A stretch of 64,000 nt of DNA, taken from positions 72,879 to 136,878 of the IMG/VR virus record IMGVR_UViG_3300042894_003945. One strand, written 5' to 3'. Every line of letters starts with the position of its first letter. Positions within the stretch are counted from its first letter, which is position 1. The translations under genes were made by a program, and so were the position numbers. Shown here one piece after another: positions 29,105 through 38,648 of this stretch. The notes below the pieces were generated by a model, which saw only the letters and a program-made list of their open reading frames with translations, was not told the DNA's origin and did no database searches. Source of the DNA: a virus.

Positions 29105-30042
29105 AACGATAGTTTATATTTTAACAATTTATCTTGTGTAAGAGGCTCTACTTTTTGAACTAAGGATAAAAAAGCTTGAAATCCCATCTCAGAAGGATCT
29201 TTGTCCTCCATTTCTACTAAAAAAACTTTCTTTCCCAAAGACGTCAAAGTCTCACAATGTTTTAATGCCATTTTTATAGCATCTCTATCCAAAGCTATGT
29301 AAACCTTTTTAATTCTCGATTCGACTAGTTTTTTCATTAGTTTGGGAGTTATTGATTTCCCTAATAGAGGTATGGCATTTCTTTTTATAGCTAACATATC
29401 AAACCCGCCTTCACACAGTACTACTGGTATATCCCAGTTTATATACATCTCAAAAGGTATTATATCTCTAGATGCTTGTGGATATTTGTACTTAAGTCTT
29501 GTTTCAGGATCGAAGGATCTGCCTACAAAGTAATTTATTTTACCAGATGCATCAAAAGAAGGTATTATAATCCTTTCTGCGTATTTACCCTCTTCGCAGT
29601 ATCCCATTTGGTATTTTATAATGTCTTCCTCTGTTATTCCTCTTTTTTTGAGGTATAACATAGCATGTTTTGCAAGTATATCGTAGGGTTTTGCATCTAA
29701 TAAGAACTTGTACTCTACAGGTAGGACTCCATCAAACTCTTCTGTATCTTCATCATCTCTATCACTTTTTACGACTATAGAAGAAAGTTTCTTCAGAATA
29801 TCAGAAGTAACTCCTGTCTTTCTAAATAAAGATCTAATAGTTCTTCCTTTATTACCGCATACCCAACAGGCCCATCTGTTATTACCTTCGGAGTCTGTTA
29901 CGATATCTACTTCTAATTTTTTCTTGTGAGTTCCATGAGATGGACAATCCGGAAATGGACAGTGATACTTCCTATTTGTTTTGGAAGCTTTTTCACCATA
30001 CCCTAAAACTTGGTCTATTAGACCAGAAAGAATTGTCTCCAT
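29101..30042 (-). CDS. DNA primase (Zn finger plus TOPRIM)
   Basis: CP..DC..H...W.CWVC, YL..RGI, RIIIP, EG.FD, LD.DA, KDP. Confidence 0.9.
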   Translation of the reverse strand: METILSGLIDQVLGYGEKASKTNRKYHCPFPDCPSHGTHKKKLEVDIVTDSEGNNRWACWVCGNKGRTIRSLFRKTGVTSDILKKLSSIVVKSDRDDEDTEEFDGVLPVEYKFLLDAKPYDILAKHAMLYLKKRGITEEDIIKYQMGYCEEGKYAERIIIPSFDASGKINYFVGRSFDPETRLKYKYPQASRDIIPFEMYINWDIPVVLCEGGFDMLAIKRNAIPLLGKSITPKLMKKLVESRIKKVYIALDRDAIKMALKHCETLTSLGKKVFLVEMEDKDPSEMGFQAFLSLVQKVEPLTQDKLLKYKLSL

Positions 30043-30046
30043 GAAT

Positions 30047-30078
30047 CAAAGTTAGGGACTAAATATCTTTTCTCCAAA
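30047..30078 (-). promoter_or_regulatory. Bacteroidota sigma-A type promoter (-33 TTTG, -7 TAnnTTTG) upstream of primase
   Basis: Minus strand TTTG (30078-30075), 20-nt spacer, TAACTTTG (30054-30047), 4 nt before the ATG. Confidence 0.65.
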
Positions 30079-30493
30079 ACTTACCTAACACGTTATCCAC
30101 ATAGCAGTTATCAGATTCTAAACATCCTTCTAAAATCTGATATCTAATTTCTTGGTAAGTCATTTGCTTTTTGTGTGTACACAAATGCAATATCTCTCTT
30201 TTAAACACATCTTTACCCTGTCCCTTCATATCGGCTTTAAGATTTGTATTAGACCCGTAATAAGTCTTCCAATCGCTCTCAGACACTACCTTCTTTTTGG
30301 TAGGCTTCTTACCCTTTCCAGTATGTTCGGATAACTCTTTTTTAGTGAGGGCTTTTGTTCTTTCTGAGTATAGATTCTTGCGCCCTACGTAAAATTTACC
30401 GTCTGAAGTTCTTGTTATCTTGTAAATAAAACCGTAAGTATTTTCTGGAAATTCTGATATATCATTTATAACTTGATCTTTGTATAACCACAT
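30059..30493 (-). CDS. GIY-YIG-family nuclease-like protein
   Basis: YGFIYKIT....KFYVGRK, W..YYGS, F.REIL. Confidence 0.75.
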   Translation of the reverse strand: MWLYKDQVINDISEFPENTYGFIYKITRTSDGKFYVGRKNLYSERTKALTKKELSEHTGKGKKPTKKKVVSESDWKTYYGSNTNLKADMKGQGKDVFKREILHLCTHKKQMTYQEIRYQILEGCLESDNCYVDNVLGKFWRKDI

Positions 30494-30494
30494 A

Positions 30495-30794
30495 TTATAT
30501 GTCCATTCTAATTAAAAAATTAGTATCTGTATCTGGGGATATGGGGATTGGCTGTGCAAACTTGGCTACCATCAAAAGATCGTTAGTATCATTGTAAAAC
30601 CCTACCATTGTTGCGTAAGGGGTGAAATCAGACCCGCTAGCAAACCCGAGCATCGTTTCTTTACTTCCAGAAACCATTATGCTAGGATTGTAACTATATC
30701 CCATTTCATGATCCTTAATAGTGCATTTTATGGACCTTTCCATTATTAAATGGCTATTCTTAAAAGTCAATGTAAAATCTTGATAAGCTGGCAT
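30495..30794 (-). CDS. Structural protein domain paralogous to the C-terminus of 41604-42635
   Basis: YNPS...PY.T.VG.YND.N.LL.VAK..QP aligns by eye with TTNPS...TTIGLYNDANELLAVAKLSKP. Confidence 0.7.
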   Translation of the reverse strand: MPAYQDFTLTFKNSHLIMERSIKCTIKDHEMGYSYNPSIMVSGSKETMLGFASGSDFTPYATMVGFYNDTNDLLMVAKFAQPIPISPDTDTNFLIRMDI

Positions 30795-30805
30795 ATTCTA
30801 CTTTT

Positions 30806-31564
30806 TTAACAAACTCCGGTATCAGAACATATATACCAAGTGTATATTAAACCTCCTCCAATTACAGGATTACCATCTACTGCTGTTATGGTAGCACTAA
30901 ATCTACCATTTGAGAAGTTAGATCCTACATTTTTAGTGGTATATACTAAAAGTACATCTTTATAACCTGCTGCAGGTATTGTTATATTGGCAGTATCTGA
31001 ATTAGTTAGATAATAAGGGAGACTTCCTACGCCTATTGTAGCGCTTACATCTGCTATTAATGTTCCAGTAGCTGGGGCTACTGCTGGTAATGTTGTTTCA
31101 TATAGGCCTCCGTATAAGCATACAGAAGTTCCACTAGTTGTGCTATTAACAAACTGGAGTCCGGTTAAGCTTAATTCAATAACAGATCCGACAGGACCAG
31201 TTAACCTTGCCCAAGCCTTTCCTCCTTGTCCACAAATATTACTATATCCTGTATAACTAGGATCAAATTCTACAGATATCGGAGTGGCCGTTGGCGTAGG
31301 CGTAGGCGTAAATGTAGGTCCAGGAGTTGGTGTAGGAGTAGGAGTAGAAACAGCTAATGCTATATTTAAACTATTGGTGCAGAGTCCTGTAGACTGTACA
31401 CTTATAACTGTAGAAGTTACATCAGTATTTACGTCATATCCAGCTAAAAGTTGAGCCCTACTAACCCCACTAGCAATAACTCCTAAGACATCGTCAGATA
31501 TCAAAAAAGGCCCGGCGTCTGTTCCTATACTAGATAAAGTAACTGTTGCTAGTCTTGTTGGCAT
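30806..31564 (-). CDS. Mucin-like (Thr-Pro repeat) putative virion protein
   Basis: AGPF...VSR..LL.GY N-terminal domain, (TP)n linker, beta-rich C-terminal domain. Confidence 0.7.
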   Translation of the reverse strand: MPTRLATVTLSSIGTDAGPFLISDDVLGVIASGVSRAQLLAGYDVNTDVTSTVISVQSTGLCTNSLNIALAVSTPTPTPTPGPTFTPTPTPTATPISVEFDPSYTGYSNICGQGGKAWARLTGPVGSVIELSLTGLQFVNSTTSGTSVCLYGGLYETTLPAVAPATGTLIADVSATIGVGSLPYYLTNSDTANITIPAAGYKDVLLVYTTKNVGSNFSNGRFSATITAVDGNPVIGGGLIYTWYICSDTGVC

Positions 31565-31565
31565 A

Positions 31566-32330
31566 TTATCCCTCCCATATTTGAATACTTACTAAATCAG
31601 TAGTAGTTATATCTACTGTAATATAGAAGTCTACTACGTCTCCTAAATTAAAATTATAAGACTGGTATGAACTTCCATTTAAATACAAGACAACACTTCC
31701 TGCATCTAAAGCAGTGTTGCTTGTGGCTGTTTTTCTGATTCTGTATATTACAGTGTTTGAAGCGCCTCCTGCTAAAATATAAGAATCATTTTTACCATAA
31801 GCAGTTGTTCCTGGTGAAGTTATGCTTATATTGTCTATAGTGCCTCCAGGGGTGCTATTTGAAACCTCAAACACACTAGAAGGCGATATTCCATCCATCA
31901 CAAGCTGCGCTCTGTGTCTAACTAAAGCTCCTGTTGGTGTAGGAGTAGGAGTCGCAGTCAATGTAGGCGTTGGAGTAGGTGTCAAAGTTATAGTCGGTGT
32001 AGGAGTAGGTGTAGAAGTTGCAAAAGTTACAGACCCTCCAAATAAAGTACAATTCAATACGAAAGTAGGAGTTGGTGTAGGAGTAACAGTTGGCACAGGA
32101 GTTGGTGTAGGAGTTGGAGTTGCTAAATAGTATACTTCAGAGTTCTGGCAATCAGAGTCTGTATTAACTACTATTATAGTAGTTGGACTGCCTGCTATAG
32201 TTACAGGATACCCTCCCAGCAAAGAAGATCTACTCACATTACTGTCAACTAAGGTTCCTACGGATACAGTATCGTAATAAATGTTAAAAGGACCTGCTGC
32301 GTCTCCTGATATAGTAACTATAAAATCCAT
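31566..32330 (-). CDS. Mucin-like (Thr-Pro repeat) putative virion protein
   Basis: N-terminal domain paralogous to 30806-31564; two (TP)n tracts; late motif at 32336-32343. Confidence 0.7.
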   Translation of the reverse strand: MDFIVTISGDAAGPFNIYYDTVSVGTLVDSNVSRSSLLGGYPVTIAGSPTTIIVVNTDSDCQNSEVYYLATPTPTPTPVPTVTPTPTPTFVLNCTLFGGSVTFATSTPTPTPTITLTPTPTPTLTATPTPTPTGALVRHRAQLVMDGISPSSVFEVSNSTPGGTIDNISITSPGTTAYGKNDSYILAGGASNTVIYRIRKTATSNTALDAGSVVLYLNGSSYQSYNFNLGDVVDFYITVDITTTDLVSIQIWEG

Positions 32331-32331
32331 A

Positions 32332-33417
32332 TTATATAAATATGATTTTGTTCACTTTTGACAAAGCCGATGCTATTACTTGGTGCATATCATAGTACTT
32401 ATAGTCTGCTAACCTTCCTCCAAAGATATACTTTTCTTCTTTTTCCATTAATTCTTTGTATTTGGAGTACTTTTTATTATTATCTGTGTCATTTATGGGA
32501 TAGTAAGGTTCTCCAAAATTTTCTGGATATTCCATGGAGATGATGGTATTTTTTTGTTTTCCAAACTCAAAATGCTTGTGTTCAGTTATTCTGGTAAAAT
32601 AAACCTCTTCATCTGTATAGTTCATTCCTGCTACCCCTTGATAATCAGGCATATTTAAATTGTAAGTTTCAAATCTTAAACTCCTATAATCTAATTTTCC
32701 AAACTTATATCCATAAAAAGCATCTACAGGTCCTGTATAAATAGTTTTACGGGCTATTGAATCAAAGTATTCTTTTTGTTCAAAATAATCACAATTTAGC
32801 TTTACTTCTACGCCATATAAGAGTTTTTCAAATATGCCAGTATACCCTCCAATTGGTATCCCTGAGTAAGTATCTTCATAATAATTATCCTCAAAAGACA
32901 GCCTTATAGGAAGCCTTTTTATTATACTTGTAGGGAGATCTTTAGGATCTTTGTTCCATTGTTTCTTTGTATACCCCTTTATAAAAATATTATAGATCTC
33001 AGGACCTACCTGAGATAGGATCCACTCTTCTAGGTTTTTGGGGCTGTTGTTAGGTATTTTAACATCCTCTAATTTTCTAAAGGCTTCGTCTGGCGTTGTT
33101 ACTCCATACAATTGGTACAGCGTCATTAAATTAATTGGAAAAGAGTATATCTTTCCTTTGTAGTTAACTTTAGGTCTGTATTTAAAATCATTAAACTCAG
33201 CGTAGTTATTTACGTAGTCCCATACTTTTTTATCCGATGTATGAAATATGTGTGGGCCATATTTGTGCACATTTATATCGTCTACGTTCTCAGTGTAGCA
33301 GTTTCCACCAATATGAGACCTTTTTTCTACCACTAAACACTTATACCCGTTATCGGACAATTCTCTGGCGCATACAGCTCCAAAAAGTCCTGAGCCTACA
33401 ATTAAGTAATCGTACAT
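32332..33417 (-). CDS. glf: UDP-galactopyranose mutase
   Basis: GSGLFG FAD-binding motif, HIGGNCY, H.YGPHIFHT, YT.KQW, EPYYP, GRLA.YKYYDM. Confidence 0.95.
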   Translation of the reverse strand: MYDYLIVGSGLFGAVCARELSDNGYKCLVVEKRSHIGGNCYTENVDDINVHKYGPHIFHTSDKKVWDYVNNYAEFNDFKYRPKVNYKGKIYSFPINLMTLYQLYGVTTPDEAFRKLEDVKIPNNSPKNLEEWILSQVGPEIYNIFIKGYTKKQWNKDPKDLPTSIIKRLPIRLSFEDNYYEDTYSGIPIGGYTGIFEKLLYGVEVKLNCDYFEQKEYFDSIARKTIYTGPVDAFYGYKFGKLDYRSLRFETYNLNMPDYQGVAGMNYTDEEVYFTRITEHKHFEFGKQKNTIISMEYPENFGEPYYPINDTDNNKKYSKYKELMEKEEKYIFGGRLADYKYYDMHQVIASALSKVNKIIFI

Positions 33418-33418
33418 A

Positions 33419-33970
33419 TTATTTTTTAAAAACCATTATTGTATTTTTGAACCACCACCATTGTGGGACTTGTCTTAAAACAGATTCTACTTCTTTTTCT
33501 CTATGAAACCCGTAATTTAAAAATAAAGATTCTATATACTCGTTTGGACGCTCATTGTAATGTCCATACCCTCCTTGTCCAATTGTAGCCCAAGAAAGTA
33601 TTACAAGATTTTTAGAATGCTTTACTATGTTTTCTATAAAAATAGATTCATACTCTTCGGGAATATGTTCTCCTACTTCCAAAGATAGTACACAATCGTA
33701 AGTTTTGCCTAGATCTACAGGAACTGATAAGTCCAAAATTCCACAAAGGTTATTGGATATTTCTGGTGTATTAGGGTTTCCATCATAACAATCACAAGTA
33801 AATCCGTCTTGTATAAACCTCTCTGCGTACTGTCCTGGTCCACATCCTAGATCTAATATAGAATCTACCCCATAAGATTTCAGATATTTAGATATCTCTT
33901 CATTTAAAGGCTGATCATACTTATGGTTATGAGTTCCGTTGTCTTCCCAAAATCCTCTTTCATTTATCAT
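33419..33970 (-). CDS. SAM-dependent methyltransferase
   Basis: ILDLGCGPG (motif I), SLEVGEHI, GQGG.GH.N. Confidence 0.85.
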   Translation of the reverse strand: MINERGFWEDNGTHNHKYDQPLNEEISKYLKSYGVDSILDLGCGPGQYAERFIQDGFTCDCYDGNPNTPEISNNLCGILDLSVPVDLGKTYDCVLSLEVGEHIPEEYESIFIENIVKHSKNLVILSWATIGQGGYGHYNERPNEYIESLFLNYGFHREKEVESVLRQVPQWWWFKNTIMVFKK

Positions 33971-34779
33971 ATTGGAAATATTTGTCCTTCTTTATATTTT
34001 GTTGGCAACGCCATCCAACTTTCACATATAACATCCTCTGTATCTTGAGGCCCCCCAGGTCCACACCAAGTTCTTGGAGCCACTACCACTTTAGAGTCTT
34101 CATTGCAAAGATAAGCTCCCCACCAAGAAAAAGAAGAATTAGATAAAATAAAATTATGGCACATTGAAATAGTCCAAAGAGCTTTCCAAGTAGAAACGTC
34201 TATAAATTTCATTTTTGGAAGTTTTATATTTTCTCTGCACCAATCCAAATCATCACTTATTATAAAGTAAACATCAGTGTTTTTTATCTGATTGGCTGCT
34301 TCATTTATAAAGTCTGTAGTAATTACAGGATGGGTATGTAAATTTAAAAGATAATCCCCTCTCCTAACATTTATACAAGTAACTACCTCATTTAATAATT
34401 CTGGGTGGTCCTTTTGGGTTTGTTCTATGAACTCTTCTGTTGGGGAAAATAAAAATTTTATAAAGCTGGAAATATTAATAAAATTTTTTTCGCTCTGATA
34501 ATACCCTTCGTATATTGTTACCCCTTCGTCATAAGGTTTAACTGGTTCATATTGGTATGGGGCGGATATTGTCCTTCCTTGGGGCAGCACATTTAGCTTA
34601 AAATCAAGTTTTCTATAGACATTATCCTTATAATGATTAAGATCGAATACTTGATCTTTAGAAAATAAAAAAGGTTTGTTGTATTGTATTGACTGGGCTA
34701 TGCAGTTGGATATCATAAACATTTGATTTCCTAATCTGCCTACCATTTTAGAAGTAAGAAAATTTCTATTCGAAATCAT
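33967..34779 (-). CDS. Alpha-1,2-fucosyltransferase-like (GT11)
   Basis: GRLGNQMF, GYYQSE, NVRRGDY, SDD..WC, NSSFSWWGA. Confidence 0.9.
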   Translation of the reverse strand: MISNRNFLTSKMVGRLGNQMFMISNCIAQSIQYNKPFLFSKDQVFDLNHYKDNVYRKLDFKLNVLPQGRTISAPYQYEPVKPYDEGVTIYEGYYQSEKNFINISSFIKFLFSPTEEFIEQTQKDHPELLNEVVTCINVRRGDYLLNLHTHPVITTDFINEAANQIKNTDVYFIISDDLDWCRENIKLPKMKFIDVSTWKALWTISMCHNFILSNSSFSWWGAYLCNEDSKVVVAPRTWCGPGGPQDTEDVICESWMALPTKYKEGQIFPI

Positions 34780-35437
34780 TTTCGTTGTGCTTTATTACTC
34801 TTTTATAACTCTCTAAAAATAAATCTACTCCTACACTTTTTCCCCAAGCATCCAAATCACTAACACCTTCTCTCTGTGCCACAGCTATAGGACTAACTAA
34901 GTATTTGTTTATATAATGCCTCTGTCCTAACCAACCATCTATTGCAGAATCTCTAAAAGGCGTGTAATCATCTATTATTGTTTTTATAACGCTTCTTTTG
35001 TATCCTATAGCGTGTGTTGTAAGTATAGTTGGAGCTTTATACAAGGTAGTTGACACTCTAAACATTTCATGTATAGGATGTCCTCCAAAATAAATCATAT
35101 CCCAGTCTGAGAAGTTAGATATTTCATCTAAGGCTTTTTCTGATAAGTCTACTCCTTTTGTTTTTCCTCCATCATAAAAATAAGCATCATCTTCAAATAT
35201 AACAACATTTTCATATCCTTCTTCATATATTTTAGTAAAAAGTTTGTGATATGTTAAAGAGCAATAACAATGTTTTTTTATAGGATCTGGCTCTTTTATT
35301 GAATCCTCGGCGGATACCCTCTCGAAAAAACCTCCTAATCCTACTCTACTCATCTCATTTTCAAAAAAGACTTTTCTATCTTCTCTTCTGTCTAAGTTTA
35401 TGTAGTATCCTTTTTGAAAAAAATCTTTTATTTTCAT
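34766..35437 (-). CDS. Glycosyltransferase family 25
   Basis: YINLDRR.DR, H, IFEDDA, WDMIYFG. Confidence 0.85.
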   Translation of the reverse strand: MKIKDFFQKGYYINLDRREDRKVFFENEMSRVGLGGFFERVSAEDSIKEPDPIKKHCYCSLTYHKLFTKIYEEGYENVVIFEDDAYFYDGGKTKGVDLSEKALDEISNFSDWDMIYFGGHPIHEMFRVSTTLYKAPTILTTHAIGYKRSVIKTIIDDYTPFRDSAIDGWLGQRHYINKYLVSPIAVAQREGVSDLDAWGKSVGVDLFLESYKRVIKHNENDFE

Positions 35438-36150
35438 CTCAATATATGGATATAATCTTCTATATTAAATGTTTCCCCTAATAATTCTTTACACTTTTTT
35501 ATAAAATATACTCTTTTATCTGGTATTCTTATTTGATAATTATGGAAAGTCCCGCTTTCAAACTCTGTTCCATTTCCAAGAGAGAATTTTGGATACCCAA
35601 AACTCCCATCATATTTCCAGGTTAGATCAGAGTAGCATTTGGTAGGGTATGCTAGTATTATTTTTTTACCTTGTTTTTCATTTTCCCTAGTAAACATTTC
35701 GGCTACGTCAACTTCTGTTAGGTATCCTTCAGGATTTGGATAGTGTGTAAATTTAAAATTTTTACACGTAGACTCTTCCCAAAATTTTTTAGTAAAATTT
35801 AAAAAGTTAGGAGCCGCAAATGGTGGAGTTTTGTGGGGATTTATATCAAAAACATTAGAAGCCTGTACGTTACCATACAAAGTGCCATTATCCTTAATAA
35901 TATCAATAGCTTTGATAATACAATCATTAGAAATTGGTATACAGTCTATATCAAATAAAGTTATAGAATCCCAATCGTTATTTGAGCTAAGATATTCTTC
36001 TATTGCACATGCATGTCTATCGGCATTTAAATCATCCTTAAAAGGGATTTGACATACGTCTATTTTGAAAAAATCAAAAACTCTTTTTTGAAGAGTTATA
36101 ATTTCTTTTGGCAGATCATTACCATAGAAACTAACTACTTTATGATTCAT
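35434..36150 (-). CDS. Putative GT-A fold glycosyltransferase
   Basis: LFDIDCIP (DxD motif); located inside the glycosylation cassette. Confidence 0.55.
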   Translation of the reverse strand: MNHKVVSFYGNDLPKEIITLQKRVFDFFKIDVCQIPFKDDLNADRHACAIEEYLSSNNDWDSITLFDIDCIPISNDCIIKAIDIIKDNGTLYGNVQASNVFDINPHKTPPFAAPNFLNFTKKFWEESTCKNFKFTHYPNPEGYLTEVDVAEMFTRENEKQGKKIILAYPTKCYSDLTWKYDGSFGYPKFSLGNGTEFESGTFHNYQIRIPDKRVYFIKKCKELLGETFNIEDYIHILR

Positions 36151-37333
36151 TTTTTACAAGGTTATTTATAAAACCAATCCACATATTTCCAACTTTGCTA
36201 ACGTTAAAATTAGAAACAATATAATCTTTACCTTTATTTCTTATTTCTTCCTTTATAGAAGGGTTTTCTTCTAGAAATTTTATTTTACTTACTATGTTAT
36301 CCGTTATGGTAAACTTTCCATCTAGATCTTTAGATAAGGCCTCTTTCTGCATATCATGAGGGATTACGCCTTCTGGGAAGTCTAGCCACACGCAATACCC
36401 GTCAAATAGCTCTGGTAAGGCCCCTAGAGGATACGTTACTACTATTGCTCCTAATGCTATCGCTTCTGCTACTACACAAGAGAAAGTATCTTTGTGAACA
36501 TCTTGATAAGGTGTATATAAGGGGTATATAAAATACTCGCTTTCTGCCACATTAGTGAAAAGTGTTTTTTTATCCACTCCGTTGTGCCTATTAAAAAAAG
36601 AATCATCGTGATTGTGAGTAGCCATAAGATAATCAAAAGCATGAAATTCTGAATCTTCAAAATTTAATTTTCTTACTGCTTCTACTGCTACGTTTCCTCC
36701 TCTTGCCCAAGCTGCATGAAAAATAAACTTATGGGGTTTCCTTATAGGATTAGAATCTGTGACTTCTTTTATCATCTCATCCATTACTGGATTAGGTATT
36801 AGCGTCTGTTCTATTTTGATTTCGGGAGCTATATTCTTTATGTGAGTTAGAATATTCCCAGTCATACTTTTTTCCCATTCTGATATATTAATAAACCCTA
36901 TGGAAAGATTGTTATTTTTAGCAAAATTAACAATTTCATCTACTCCGTACACCCATTGCATGTGGGACCAGTATATTATACTTTTTGTAACCTTTATGGG
37001 AAGGGAATCATATTGATTAAACCACAACATGCTTATCAATATGTCAAACTCTTTATTTTCAATTCCTTTAAAATCTATGTGCGTATATTTAACCCCATAA
37101 AACTCTTCTCCGTCCTTATATATAATTCCATTATTTTTATAGGAGTTGTGCAACTCAGGCTCAAGCTTATCCGTTGCAAAAACAACTTCATGTCCAGCCT
37201 TAGCCAGATGTTCAGCTATTAAAACAGAACTAGTGTCTGTTCCAGACCCTCCCCCATTTCCATATCTTAGGTTATAACCATTAAGGTAGTTACTTCTTCT
37301 GCTATTACCTATAACAATAAAGGCTATTCTCAT
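36140..37333 (-). CDS. GT-B fold glycosyltransferase (GT4-like)
   Basis: GG.GT, LA..GHEV, IPN, YP......DTFSCVVAEAIA.G and GALPE. Confidence 0.8.
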   Translation of the reverse strand: MRIAFIVIGNSRRSNYLNGYNLRYGNGGGSGTDTSSVLIAEHLAKAGHEVVFATDKLEPELHNSYKNNGIIYKDGEEFYGVKYTHIDFKGIENKEFDILISMLWFNQYDSLPIKVTKSIIYWSHMQWVYGVDEIVNFAKNNNLSIGFINISEWEKSMTGNILTHIKNIAPEIKIEQTLIPNPVMDEMIKEVTDSNPIRKPHKFIFHAAWARGGNVAVEAVRKLNFEDSEFHAFDYLMATHNHDDSFFNRHNGVDKKTLFTNVAESEYFIYPLYTPYQDVHKDTFSCVVAEAIALGAIVVTYPLGALPELFDGYCVWLDFPEGVIPHDMQKEALSKDLDGKFTITDNIVSKIKFLEENPSIKEEIRNKGKDYIVSNFNVSKVGNMWIGFINNLVKNES

Positions 37334-38586
37334 TATATATTTTTTTCGTATCTATCACTCCACTTTTTATCTTCATCAAACAAATACATTACTATTTTAT
37401 GAGGTTTATCTATCGACTCTAAAGAAAGAGATACTGAATTCTTTTTTAGTTTTACATAATCTGAATCATTTTCTATAGTAAAATCTCTTCTTATTATCTC
37501 TGATCCTGATTTATTTTGGACTCCTAAAGTTAAAAATTTAGGTTTTTTTGATTTGAATTTTTTAAAGAAAGCAACATCCCATTCTATATCAAGAGAAAAT
37601 TTATTTACTATGAATTGTTCTTCCCAATTTATAGGATTTGGCGGTTCATTTACTTTAAGAGTGTACTGTTGTATTCTACAGTTTTTAAAATCAAACCCTC
37701 CATAGACTTCATAATCATGTAAAGTTCTACTATCTCCTAAACCATAAATACCCATATCTATTCCATGATCTTCTTGCCCAAACAATTGCCTTGTTTTGTT
37801 TCTAGCATATATGTCTCTTTCTCCAGATGTTTTTTTAGTCTCGCTTTCTATTCCATGATCATCCCAGTGTTTTACACGATAGTTTCTTGTGTATTCGTGC
37901 CACATAACCATTCTGTGTGGACTAAAGAAGTCATACCCTTTAGTAAAAGCTCTTACACTTAATGTAGTTTCTTCTGTGTACCCTCCAAAGTATATGTCTG
38001 GGTCATAAGGAACTTCTTCTATGAATTTACCTGTTGTAAAATAGAAATGTCCACTAATAGTCCTAGCTCTTATTACTTTTGTTCTTTCTTTATAATCTTG
38101 AATGTACCAAGGCATGCTCATGAGTAACTTATCAGCGGAAAACTCATACTGAGACATTAGGCATGGAGTAGGATCGTATTTACAAGAACAGTCTTTTGGG
38201 TTGAATGGGGTACAGTATGTAGTTATAATAGGCTTTTCAGAAACCTCTAAAGCCTGTGCATAATCTTCCAAAACAATGGAGTCCCAGTCTTGTACAAATC
38301 TATGATGACTGTCTATCTGTAAAGTAAATTCCTCTCCATCATAAAGTCTATTAGTTATATTCCTTGCCCAACCTAATCCCTGACTTTCTGAATAGTGATG
38401 TTTGCTTATACTAAAATTGTGCATGCCATCAAACACTGTTATGTCTTCCGTTTCATCGTACTGCCAGCAAATTCCAAAAGTTAAATTTTCTGGGTTCTTT
38501 GCCTTGGTTATCATGTCGTCTATAGTGGGAATGAGCTCAGGATCTCTATAACTAGCTACCTGAACAAATATTTTGTTCTTTTTCAT
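37333..38586 (-). CDS. GT60-like polypeptide/hydroxyproline N-acetylglucosaminyltransferase
   Basis: IFVQ.ASYRD.EL, S.G..WAR, LQIDSH.RF..WD, EVPYDP..YF.GEE-like, H.Y. Start moved to ATG 38586. Confidence 0.85.
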   Translation of the reverse strand: MKKNKIFVQVASYRDPELIPTIDDMITKAKNPENLTFGICWQYDETEDITVFDGMHNFSISKHHYSESQGLGWARNITNRLYDGEEFTLQIDSHHRFVQDWDSIVLEDYAQALEVSEKPIITTYCTPFNPKDCSCKYDPTPCLMSQYEFSADKLLMSMPWYIQDYKERTKVIRARTISGHFYFTTGKFIEEVPYDPDIYFGGYTEETTLSVRAFTKGYDFFSPHRMVMWHEYTRNYRVKHWDDHGIESETKKTSGERDIYARNKTRQLFGQEDHGIDMGIYGLGDSRTLHDYEVYGGFDFKNCRIQQYTLKVNEPPNPINWEEQFIVNKFSLDIEWDVAFFKKFKSKKPKFLTLGVQNKSGSEIIRRDFTIENDSDYVKLKKNSVSLSLESIDKPHKIVMYLFDEDKKWSDRYEKNI

Positions 38587-38601
38587 AAACTGAATTTGTA
38601 C

Positions 38602-38609
38602 CAAAAATA
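38602..38609 (-). promoter_or_regulatory. Candidate Bacteroidota -7 element for the glycosylation operon
   Basis: TATTTTTG matches TAnnTTTG, 15 nt upstream of ATG 38586; no clear -33 TTTG at the canonical spacing. Confidence 0.4.
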
Positions 38610-38648
38610 AGAAAATTTTTTAAAAGAGAAAAAACAATAATTTAAACA

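Noticed and set aside
30059-30493. GIY-YIG gene as an intron-encoded homing endonuclease
   Set aside because: It is free-standing, abuts its neighbours with no room for group I intron structure, and has no obvious DNA-binding tail.
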